The notes under the pieces are model-generated. The model had not been told where the DNA came from. It was given only the letters and a program-made list of their open reading frames with translations, and did not search any database. From Deltaproteobacteria bacterium (GTDB lineage Bacteria; Desulfobacterota; Binatia; UBA12015): DNA of 40,834 bases. A program made the position numbers and the translations under genes. This document shows positions 25,374-33,512 of this stretch, piece by piece; the stretch's first letter is position 1; every line of letters starts with the position of its first letter. Location: positions 1 through 40,834 of the forward strand of contig VFKT01000027.1 in assembly GCA_009885395.1 (NCBI GenBank), read 5' to 3'.

Positions 25374-26653
25374 CTCTTCTCAGTTCGCGGCTCCCGGGTT
25401 TTCATAAGCTGACACTGGACGAGCGTTGGCATTCGCTCGCCGTCGCCGCCGGACTTGATGCGGCCGAGCTGGCTCTTCTCGCCGACGAACGGCCGTTGCC
25501 GCTCGCTACCGCCATCGGGCTGGCCGAGAACACCGTGGGGCTCCTCGCTCTGCCGCTCGGCATCGGACTCAATTTCGTCGTCAATTCAAAAGCAGTCCTG
25601 GTGCCGATGGTGACCGAGGAGCCTTCGGTGATTGCGGCCGCGAGCAATGCGGCTCGACTCGCCCTGGCCGGCGGCGGTTTCATGGCTGACGCCGATCCTT
25701 CTGTCATGATCGCCCAGATCCAGCTCTGCGACGTCGCCGACCCCGAAGCGGCGCGGCTGCGCCTGCTGGCTGCCGAAGCGGCGATTCGGGCCAGCGTCGA
25801 CCGCGCTGCGCCTGGCATGGCACGGCGCGGCGGTGGCGCCCGCGGGGTCGAGGTGCGGGTTGTCGATGCCCCGCTGGGGCGGCGCTTCGTCGTGGTCCAT
25901 TTGCTGGTCGATGTGGGCGACGCGATGGGCGCCAATGCCCTCAATTCGATCGCCGAGGCTTGTGCACCCGAGATTGCCGAAATTGCCGGCGGTCGGGCGG
26001 CTCTGCGTATCCTCTCGAATCTGGCGGATCGTCGCCTGGCGCGGGCTTCGGTTGAAATCCCGTTTGCGACACTTGGCACGGCCAGCCTGTCCGGCGAAGC
26101 GGTTGCCTTTGCTGTCGAGGAGGCGAGCCTTTTTGCCGAGGCCGATCCATGGCGTGCGACGACCCATAATAAAGGCATCATGAATGGGATTGACGCCGTG
26201 GCGCTGGCGACCGGCAACGATTGGCGGGCGTTGGAAGCCGGGGCCCATGCTTTTGCGGCCCGCTCGGGCGCGTATGGTGCCCTCTCGACCTGGCGCAGTG
26301 GTGCGCTTGGGTTGGTGGGGCGGATCGAATTACCGATTGCGGTCGGCACCGTCGGTGCCACTGTCGAGGGCAACCCTCGGACACAGCTCGCGCTTCGTTT
26401 GTTGGGCAATCCGGGGGCGCGCGATCTCGGCGGTATCTTGGCCGCGGTTGGACTGGCCCAGAATCTCGGAGCGCTTCGGGCGCTGGCGACCGAGGGTATC
26501 CAGCGGGGCCATATGGCGCGCCATGCGCGTGCGGTCGCGTTGGCCGCCGGCGCGACAGCCGGGCAGGTCGATGCCATCGCAGAGGCGCTGATCCAACTCG
26601 GCGACATCAAGGTCGAGCGGGCCCGGGTGCTCTTGCGGGAAGCCGGCGCGTGA
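25370..26653 (+). CDS. mvaA: HMG-CoA reductase, class II
   Basis: Motifs ENTVGLLALPLGI, VPMVTEEPSVIAAASNAARLA, DAMGANALNSIAE and THNKGIMNGIDAVALATGNDWRA are present. The ATG overlaps the fni stop (ATGA). Confidence 0.9.
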   Translation: MTLLSSRLPGFHKLTLDERWHSLAVAAGLDAAELALLADERPLPLATAIGLAENTVGLLALPLGIGLNFVVNSKAVLVPMVTEEPSVIAAASNAARLALAGGGFMADADPSVMIAQIQLCDVADPEAARLRLLAAEAAIRASVDRAAPGMARRGGGARGVEVRVVDAPLGRRFVVVHLLVDVGDAMGANALNSIAEACAPEIAEIAGGRAALRILSNLADRRLARASVEIPFATLGTASLSGEAVAFAVEEASLFAEADPWRATTHNKGIMNGIDAVALATGNDWRALEAGAHAFAARSGAYGALSTWRSGALGLVGRIELPIAVGTVGATVEGNPRTQLALRLLGNPGARDLGGILAAVGLAQNLGALRALATEGIQRGHMARHARAVALAAGATAGQVDAIAEALIQLGDIKVERARVLLREAGA

Positions 26654-27594
26654 GTCGGCTTGAGCCTGTCCGAGACGGCGTCGGCCGGGCCTCGGGCAAG
26701 GTGATCCTCTTCGGCGAGCACGCCGTCGTGTATGGTCAGCCCGCCCTTGCCGGGCCCTTATGTGTCGGGCTCTGTGTCCGCTTGACGAGTCGGAGTGGTG
26801 CCGCAGCGCTCCCGGCGCGGCTTGGCAAGGCGCTCGCCCTTGCTGCGCTTGATTTCCCAGTCGGGCTGCTGACTGATCTCGAAGTGAACGTGAGCGGGGA
26901 CCTGCCGGAGGCCGTTGGTCTCGGCAGTTCTGCGGCTCTTTCGGTGGCTCTGGTGCGCGCCCTGGCCGACTCAACAAACACGATCCTTGAATTGGGAGAA
27001 CTGATCCAGCGGGCCAACCGGGTCGAATCCTTTTTCCATGGCCGGGCCTCCGGAGTCGATGTCGCCGCGGCGGCGAGTCCGGGCTGGATCCGCTTCACGT
27101 GCGGCGAACCGCCAAGTATTCAAGCCTTGACTACGGTTGCAGCATTCGATCTGGTTGGGATTGAGAGCGGTGCGACGCATCGCACCGCCCGGACCGTCGG
27201 TGCGGTGGCGGCCCGTCATGCCGCAGATCGCTGCGTCATCGAAGAGCTGTTCCGGGAGATCGGCGCCATCGTCGTTGCGGCCGAGACGGCACTCGGCAGC
27301 GGGGACCTCGTGGAACTCGGTGTGCTGATGCTCGAGAACCATCGCCTCTTGAAGGCTTTGGGGGTTTCGACGGACGGCCTTGACCGGGCGGTCACAGTGG
27401 CCCGGGAGAATGGCGCCCTGGGGAGCAAATTGACGGGCGGCGGCGGGGGCGGGTTGGCCATGGCCCTGATGCCGCCGGGCGAGGGATTGACGCTGGTTCA
27501 GACGCTTGCCCGGCGGGGCTGGTCCAGTCGGGTATTGACGTTTCCGACCGGGGACGCAGATGCTACCCTCGGGTTGAGGCGAGGGCCAAGCTGA
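26650..27594 (+). CDS. mvk: Mevalonate kinase
   Basis: Motifs GKVILFGEHAVVYG, PEAVGLGSSAALSVALV and KLTGGGGGGLAMAL are present. The GTG overlaps the HMGR stop (GTGA). Confidence 0.88.
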   Translation: MSRLEPVRDGVGRASGKVILFGEHAVVYGQPALAGPLCVGLCVRLTSRSGAAALPARLGKALALAALDFPVGLLTDLEVNVSGDLPEAVGLGSSAALSVALVRALADSTNTILELGELIQRANRVESFFHGRASGVDVAAAASPGWIRFTCGEPPSIQALTTVAAFDLVGIESGATHRTARTVGAVAARHAADRCVIEELFREIGAIVVAAETALGSGDLVELGVLMLENHRLLKALGVSTDGLDRAVTVARENGALGSKLTGGGGGGLAMALMPPGEGLTLVQTLARRGWSSRVLTFPTGDADATLGLRRGPS

Positions 27595-27890
27595 TGACCG
27601 AAAAGAATTCCACAAAGCCGCCTGCCGCATCGAGCCCGGGTCGTCCGGCCTCCTGGTGGGTGCCGGCTGTTGTGGTTCTGACCCTTTTGCTCCTGGCTCG
27701 GGCGGCCTGGCAGACCGGCGACACCCGCGCGGCCCTGGTCACGGCTGTGCAGGTCGTCGGGGTCTCGGTCGTCGTCCGGTTCGCCTTGCGGCGCGCTGAG
27801 GCAAGCCTGCGCGAGGGCGAGCGTCGGTGGCGGGGGACGCCAAGCTCTGGTACCAGCCCGGACCGGCGACGGACACGTTCCCATGGCTGA
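27594..27890 (+). CDS. Small hypothetical two-TM protein bridging mvk and the helicase
   Basis: Its ATG shares a base with the mvk stop, and its own stop (27888-90) overlaps the helicase start (27883). Hydrophobic segments are WWVPAVVVLTLLLLARAAW and ALVTAVQVVGVSVVVRFAL. Third-position GC is high. There is no homology evidence. Confidence 0.45.
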   Translation: MTEKNSTKPPAASSPGRPASWWVPAVVVLTLLLLARAAWQTGDTRAALVTAVQVVGVSVVVRFALRRAEASLREGERRWRGTPSSGTSPDRRRTRSHG

Positions 27891-29472
27891 CGAACCACCA
27901 CAGGAGGAACCGCGCGTCGCGTTCCGCGAGCTCGATCTCCCCGAGGAGGTCCAACTCGGCATCGAAGCCGCGGGTTTCACCCACGGCACGCCCATCCAAT
28001 CGCGAATCCTGCCCTTGGCGCTTCTCGGTCGGGATGTGGCCGGACAGGCGCAGACCGGAACCGGCAAGACCGCAGCTTTTCTGATCACGATCCTGACCCG
28101 CCTCCTGCGCAACGACATTCCGCGCAGGCCCGGTCGGCCGCGGGCTCTGATCATCGCACCCACTCGTGAACTCGCGATCCAGATCTCGGCCGATGCCAAG
28201 GTGCTCGCACAGGCGACCGGTCTCATCGTCCAGGCGGTCTACGGCGGCGTCGATTATAAGAAACAACGCGAATCTCTGGGTGAAAATGTCGATATCCTGG
28301 TCGGCACGCCGGGCCGTCTGATCGACTACTTGAAGCAGTCGGTCTACCGGCTCGACGGGGTCGAGGCCTTTGTCGTCGATGAAGCCGATCGCATGTTCGA
28401 TATGGGCTTCATTCAGGATTTACGCTTTTTGCTGCGACGCTGCCCACCGCCCGGAAAGCGCCAGGCGATGCTCTTCTCGGCCACCTTATCGCATGATGTG
28501 ATGGAGCTGGCCTACGTTTTCCTGCACGAATCCGTGCGGGTCGAGGTCCAACCCGAACAGGTCGTGGCCGAGCGCGTCGAGCACCATCTTTACCACGTTG
28601 GCAACCACGAGAAGATGGGCCTTTTGATCGGAATCCTCCGACACGAGGGACCCGAGCGAACTCTGATCTTTTCGAATATGCGGCGCACCGCAGATACGGT
28701 GCACCGCACGCTCGTCGCCAACGGCTACAGCGCTGAACAGATCACCGGCGATATCGAGCAGCGGAAACGCCTGACGATCCTCGAAGATTTTCGTGAGGGG
28801 CGGGTCGCGATCCTGGTTGCGACCGACGTCGCTTCGCGCGGCCTTCATATCGATAATGTCACGCACGTCATCAACTACGATCTTCCGTTCGACGCGGAGG
28901 ATTATGTGCATCGGGTTGGCCGCACGGCGCGCGCCGGCGCGGCGGGCACGGCTATAAGCCTCGCCTGCGAGAACTATGTCGAGGGTCTCGAAGCCATCGA
29001 AGCCTACGTCGGTTTCAAGCTGCCGGCCGAGTTCCCGGACGATTCGCTGATTGCCGATTATACGCGGCCGCCCCGTCGCTACGATAGCCGACGGCCCGGT
29101 GATCGCGGTGGGCGAGCGGGACCTGGTGGCGGGGGTGGCGGGCCGACGCGCCGCGAACCACGTCGTGACGAACCGCGTCGCGACGAACCGCGGCGCGACG
29201 TGCCGCCACGACACCAGCACGCCGCAGCGGCGCACGCTCCAGCAGCCCCCCAAGAAGCTGCGTCAGCGCCCGTAGGCAATTCCGTAGTACCGAGCGGTCA
29301 AGTGCTCGCCTCGCCTGCGACAGCGGGCTCGACTGGCGTTGCGGCTGACGACGCCAACCCGGCGAAGAAGCGCCGACGACGACGCAAGCGCAAGGGCGGC
29401 ACTGCGGCCGCCGGCGCAAGCGGCGAGGGTGGCGAGAGCAGCGGTGGCGACAGCGGCGGCGATCAGGACTGA
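27883..29472 (+). CDS. DEAD-box ATP-dependent RNA helicase with a basic/acidic repeat tail
   Basis: It has the Q-motif GFTHGTPIQ and motif I AQTGTGKT, then PTRELA, VVDEADRMFD, SAT and HRVGRTARAG. The C-terminal tail has REPRRDEPRRDEPRRD (3 x 15 nt at 29155-29199) and KKRRRRRKRKG. Confidence 0.92.
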   Translation: MADEPPQEEPRVAFRELDLPEEVQLGIEAAGFTHGTPIQSRILPLALLGRDVAGQAQTGTGKTAAFLITILTRLLRNDIPRRPGRPRALIIAPTRELAIQISADAKVLAQATGLIVQAVYGGVDYKKQRESLGENVDILVGTPGRLIDYLKQSVYRLDGVEAFVVDEADRMFDMGFIQDLRFLLRRCPPPGKRQAMLFSATLSHDVMELAYVFLHESVRVEVQPEQVVAERVEHHLYHVGNHEKMGLLIGILRHEGPERTLIFSNMRRTADTVHRTLVANGYSAEQITGDIEQRKRLTILEDFREGRVAILVATDVASRGLHIDNVTHVINYDLPFDAEDYVHRVGRTARAGAAGTAISLACENYVEGLEAIEAYVGFKLPAEFPDDSLIADYTRPPRRYDSRRPGDRGGRAGPGGGGGGPTRREPRRDEPRRDEPRRDVPPRHQHAAAAHAPAAPQEAASAPVGNSVVPSGQVLASPATAGSTGVAADDANPAKKRRRRRKRKGGTAAAGASGEGGESSGGDSGGDQD

Positions 29473-29492
29473 AGCCCGCGCCGGTTTCCAAC

Positions 29493-29593
29493 CCGCCTTC
29501 GCCGGCGCCGAGGCTTGCAGCCGATTACGGGAGGAACTCTCCGATCCCGTCCTTCGTTCGTCAGCCGCCTTCGCCGGTGCCGAGGCTTGCAGC
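29493..29593. repeat. Two copies of a 29-nt hairpin-capable element upstream of the PaaK-like cassette
   Basis: CCGCCTTCGCCGG(C/T)GCCGAGGCTTGCAGC occurs at 29493-29521 and 29565-29593 (28/29 identical, 43-nt spacer). Each copy can fold as GCCUUCG-CCGG-CGCCGAGGC with one mismatch. Confidence 0.9.
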
Positions 29594-29626
29594 GCCTCAT
29601 CCCGGAAGGCTAGCCGATCACTGACG

Positions 29627-30892
29627 ATGTTTTTCGGGAATCTGGATCGACTGCGCAACACTCTTGTCTGGGTCTGCGAGCGTGTTCCTTTCTACCGGCA
29701 GCGCCTTCTCGAGGCCGGCGTCGACCCGGCCCGCCTCGACAGCGAGTCGCTGCGAAGAATCCCGGTGCTCCGCAAGGCGGATCTCGTCCGCAGCCAGCGG
29801 GAACAACCGCCCTTTGGTGAACTGCTGGCGGTAGGCCGCGAGGCCTTCTCCTCGCTCCATACCTCGCCGGGGCCCATCTTCATTCCGCGAATTGCGGAAG
29901 AACGCGGTGGCACCGCTGCACTGGTCGAGGAGATCGAGGCCATGGGCGTGCGGCGTGGCGATATTGCCCATGTCACGCTCAACTATCATATCATGCCGGG
30001 CGGCCTGCGGATCCACCGCGCCTTCGAGGAGTTCGGCTGCCTCGTCATCAATGGCGGGGTTGGTAATACCGAGATGCAGGTCAAGGTCGCGCGCGCCTGG
30101 GGCGCTACGGTCTATGCCGGAACGCCGAGTTTTCTTCGTCAGATAGGTGTCGTCGCCAAAGAACTTGGCCTTGACACACGAAAGGATCTACCCTACCGGC
30201 TTGGCTTCTCAACGGCGGAAAAATTGACCCCGGAACTCCGCGAAGAGCTTGACGACACGTTCGGCATCGAGCTTTTTGACCATATCGGCGAGGCCCAGAT
30301 CGGCCCGGTTGCTGGCGAGTGCCGTGCCCATGCCGGCATGCATCTTTCGGCGAACGATCTTTTTTTTGAGTTTCTCGATCCCGTCAGCGGCGAGCCGACA
30401 GAGGCGGGGGGCGTGGGAGAGCTCGTCGCGTCGCACCTCGGCCCGCGCGGTCTGCCGCTCATTCGTTACGCGCCCGGCGACGCCTACCGGCTGCGTGCGG
30501 GCGGGTGCTCCTGCGGCAACCCGGCGCCGCGCGTGGACTTCTTCGGCCAGGTGGGAGGGATTCGGAAGATCAAGGGCGTGCTGGTGCATCCGATCGCGGT
30601 CGCCGACCTGATCGCAAGCCATGCCGGCCTTGGCCGTTTTCAGATTGTGGTCGAGCACCGCTCCGGCGAGAGTTTCGAGCGGGCCACTCTGCGGATTGCC
30701 GCCGAGGATCCCACTCTTCTCCTTGAAGCGCGCCGCAGCGTGCTTGAAGCCGCACTCTCGAATGCCGCCAGAAGTACGCTCTTGATTGGCATGGAGATCG
30801 AACTGGTGCGGCCGGAAGAGATCCCGGAAGCGGCGGCCGGGCCGGCCTTCGCCGAGGCGATCGTCGAGTCAAAAAGTCCGGTCCTCTCATGA
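29627..30892 (+). CDS. PaaK/F390-synthetase-like adenylate-forming homologue with a degenerate P-loop
   Basis: It has PaaK-like architecture (VPFYRQRLLEAGVDP...IPVLRKADL; LIRYAPGD; IRKIKGVLVHP). Where PaaK has SSGTTGKPT, this protein has HTSPGPIFIP. The ATG at 29627 is in the frame of track ORF 29339. Confidence 0.8.
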   Translation: MFFGNLDRLRNTLVWVCERVPFYRQRLLEAGVDPARLDSESLRRIPVLRKADLVRSQREQPPFGELLAVGREAFSSLHTSPGPIFIPRIAEERGGTAALVEEIEAMGVRRGDIAHVTLNYHIMPGGLRIHRAFEEFGCLVINGGVGNTEMQVKVARAWGATVYAGTPSFLRQIGVVAKELGLDTRKDLPYRLGFSTAEKLTPELREELDDTFGIELFDHIGEAQIGPVAGECRAHAGMHLSANDLFFEFLDPVSGEPTEAGGVGELVASHLGPRGLPLIRYAPGDAYRLRAGGCSCGNPAPRVDFFGQVGGIRKIKGVLVHPIAVADLIASHAGLGRFQIVVEHRSGESFERATLRIAAEDPTLLLEARRSVLEAALSNAARSTLLIGMEIELVRPEEIPEAAAGPAFAEAIVESKSPVLS

Positions 30893-32220
30893 GCGCGCTT
30901 CCGACGCAGCCGCCTGCCGGGCAGGCGTTCTACGCACCTGAGATCCAGACGCTTGCGGAAGAGCCGCTTCGGGCGCTGCAGGAAGAGCGGCTGGCAGGTC
31001 AGATTCGCCGAATCTTCCAGTTGCCGATCCCGCTCTTCCGCCGCCATCTCGAAGCTGCCGGCATCAAGGATCCGCGCGATTTCAAGGGGCTGGCCGATCT
31101 GGCCCGAATTCCAGCCTTGCGTAAATCCGATCTGCGCGCCAGCGAAGCGGCGGTGGCGCCCTTTGGCGATTATCGTGGTTCCACCCCGGAGAGCTGGGTC
31201 CGCATCGGTCAAACCACCGGATCGAGTGGGCGGCCGACTCTGATCGTCTGGACGCGGCAGGACCTGGCCGTCGACTACCAGGCGGCCTCCCGGGCGCGCT
31301 GGCGCTGGGGTTTGCGGCCCGGGATGGTTTTCGCGCAGGCCCATCCACATGGTCTTTATGCCGGCGGCTGGCATATGAGCCATGGCGTGGAAGCGATGGG
31401 TTGTCTCGATATCCCGAGCGGTCCGCCCACCACAGAGGCACACCGGCGGCGAGTGGTACAACTTTGGCAGCGACTGCAACCGGATATGTATCGTCTCTTC
31501 GGCAATGCCGGTGTCAAATACTACGAGACCGCCTTGGAGATGGGAATCGACCCGGCACGCGAGCTGCGCTTTCAGCAGGCAGGTGGCTCACATCCTTCCT
31601 CGCAATTCGACGCGGTCAGCGCCGGCCTCGAAGCGCTCGGTATGCTGGGCTCGGCTTGCAGCGAAAAGAACGGCGCCCATCTTTGCGAGGACCTGGCCAT
31701 CGTCGAGGTGGTCGATCGCCGTACCGGCCGACCGGTCGGCCACAACGAGCGTGGCAATTTGATCGTGACGATCCTCGAGAAGGATAATTTCCATATCCGC
31801 TACGATCTGGAGGATCTGGTCCGGCTCAATCTTGAGCCTTGCCCCTGCGGCGAGACGCATCGTCGTATGTTTTACGACGGTCGGGTCAGCGATGCGGTGC
31901 CGGTGGCCCCCGATGGCCCCGAGGGGCGCAGGGTGGAGATGCTGCCGATTGATGCGGCCCTTCTGCTGCACGATTTCCCCGAGTTGGCGATGCCGTCTGT
32001 CGAGTACCAACTCGTCCGTCGGCCAGAGCCCCGTGCCTTTCTCGAATTGCGCGTCGAGGGGCCCGCCGCGGCGGGAGCGACGTCGGATGCGTTGGTGGTG
32101 GCGATTTCGGCCCGCGCCCGCGCCCAGTTTGGAATCCCGGTGCGGGTCGAGCTTTTGCCGCGCGGCGGGCTGCCACGCTTTGACTACAAGGCAGCCCGCG
32201 TGATCGACGAAGCCGGGTGA
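30889..32220 (+). CDS. PaaK/F390-synthetase-like acyl-CoA (adenylate-forming) ligase, motifs intact
   Basis: Motifs IPLFRRHLEAAGIKDP...IPALRKSDL, the P-loop GQTTGSSGRPTLIVWT and CPCGETHRR are present. The ATG overlaps the upstream stop (ATGA). Confidence 0.85.
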   Translation: MSALPTQPPAGQAFYAPEIQTLAEEPLRALQEERLAGQIRRIFQLPIPLFRRHLEAAGIKDPRDFKGLADLARIPALRKSDLRASEAAVAPFGDYRGSTPESWVRIGQTTGSSGRPTLIVWTRQDLAVDYQAASRARWRWGLRPGMVFAQAHPHGLYAGGWHMSHGVEAMGCLDIPSGPPTTEAHRRRVVQLWQRLQPDMYRLFGNAGVKYYETALEMGIDPARELRFQQAGGSHPSSQFDAVSAGLEALGMLGSACSEKNGAHLCEDLAIVEVVDRRTGRPVGHNERGNLIVTILEKDNFHIRYDLEDLVRLNLEPCPCGETHRRMFYDGRVSDAVPVAPDGPEGRRVEMLPIDAALLLHDFPELAMPSVEYQLVRRPEPRAFLELRVEGPAAAGATSDALVVAISARARAQFGIPVRVELLPRGGLPRFDYKAARVIDEAG

Positions 32221-33512
32221 AGAGACAGACTTTAATGGATTCCTGGCAACGACCAGCCGCGATCTTCCCAACGGCGCAGGAAATCCTGGCGGATCGCGCC
32301 CGGCGCGATCCCGACCGCCCGGCCCTGCATTGGTTCGAGCGGGTTCTTCTCCTGGGCCGCCTTGCCGCGCTGGTGGAGAGCTGGGGCACGACGCTCGCGC
32401 CGCGCACGCCGGCCGGCAGTCCGATCGCAATCGTGCTTTCCGAAACCCCGGCGCTGGTCGGCCTCGTTCTGGCGTCCTGGCAAGCCGGGCGAACGGCCGT
32501 GCCGCTTGCAGGCGATCTCGCCGATGCCGAACTGGCGCGACGGCTGTGGCTCAGCGCGCCCGGACTGATCGTCGCGCACGAGGAGCATCTCGATCGCGTT
32601 CGTGTCGCCGCGCGAGGCTGCGCACAGGAGCCCTCGATTTTTGTCCTCCGGGGACAGAAGCTCTCGGCCGACAGCCGTGCCGTACCTGGCAAGCAGCGTC
32701 AGACCAAAAAAGTTGGCGAGCTTGCTCTACACGCCTGGAGCGATTCGTCAGGTCGAGTAGCGCTGGCTTCTGGATTGACGCATGCGAACGTCGTCGCCAG
32801 CGCAATCCGGGCCACGGCGGCGCGCGGCGATCGCCCCGGCGAGCTTGCCCTGGTCACGCAGCGGCCCAGCGATGCGGGCGCACTCGTGGCGGATATCCTG
32901 GCGCGCCTGCTGGCCGGCGGCATCGTGGCGCTCGCGCCGCGTCCGGGCCGCGACGCCTTGCTGCGCGCGATGGAGGCGGGCCGTCCCGATGTCCTCTCTC
33001 TGGATGCAGAAAGCCTCGATATCCTGCTGGCCGAGAGCCCGCTCCCGGCGCGAAGCCTGCGCTCGGTGCGACGGGTGGTGCTGCGGACGCTCGACCTGCC
33101 ACGCACGGCATTGCGGCGTCTGCATGAGCGGTTGCCCGAGGCCGAGGTGCTGCGGGCTTTCGGCTACCCCGAGACCACTGGCGACCTTCTGCTTGCCCGC
33201 CAGGAAACGCTGGAACGCAAACCGGATGGACTCGGCCTGCCGCACCCCGGCATTCTGGTCGGAGCCTTTTCGCCCGAGGGTGCTTTACTCGGTGCGGGCC
33301 GGATAGGAGCGCTGGGTTTTCGCGGTGCGGTGGTGATGCGCGGCTACCACCGCAATCCCGCCGCCAGCCGGGAGGCCCTGCACGAGGGCTGGTTCCGGAC
33401 TCGCGACCTGGGCTACATCGACGACCAGGGCGAAGTCGTGCTGACAGCGCCAGGCGGCGCCAAGGCGACCGCATCGGTCGCTACCCGGCCAAGGGCAATG
33501 AGGAAGAAATGA
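32217..33512 (+). CDS. ANL-superfamily (AMP-binding) N-terminal-domain-only protein, degenerate motifs
   Basis: It has AMP-binding-like order (WSDSSGRVALASGLTHANV instead of TSGTTGxPKG; FGYPETTG; WFRTRDLGYIDDQGEVVL). The protein stops about 25 aa after the hinge, so the C-terminal subdomain is missing. GTGA overlap at the start. Confidence 0.7.
   Translation: MKRQTLMDSWQRPAAIFPTAQEILADRARRDPDRPALHWFERVLLLGRLAALVESWGTTLAPRTPAGSPIAIVLSETPALVGLVLASWQAGRTAVPLAGDLADAELARRLWLSAPGLIVAHEEHLDRVRVAARGCAQEPSIFVLRGQKLSADSRAVPGKQRQTKKVGELALHAWSDSSGRVALASGLTHANVVASAIRATAARGDRPGELALVTQRPSDAGALVADILARLLAGGIVALAPRPGRDALLRAMEAGRPDVLSLDAESLDILLAESPLPARSLRSVRRVVLRTLDLPRTALRRLHERLPEAEVLRAFGYPETTGDLLLARQETLERKPDGLGLPHPGILVGAFSPEGALLGAGRIGALGFRGAVVMRGYHRNPAASREALHEGWFRTRDLGYIDDQGEVVLTAPGGAKATASVATRPRAMRKK

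Noticed and set aside
25370-26653. The possibility that the class II HMG-CoA reductase is a catabolic enzyme (mevalonate utilisation, as in Pseudomonas mevalonii) rather than biosynthetic.
   Set aside because: It is overlap-coupled to mevalonate kinase, phosphomevalonate kinase, the decarboxylase and IPP isomerase. No HMG-CoA lyase gene is adjacent. The biosynthetic direction is the simpler reading, though it is not proven.
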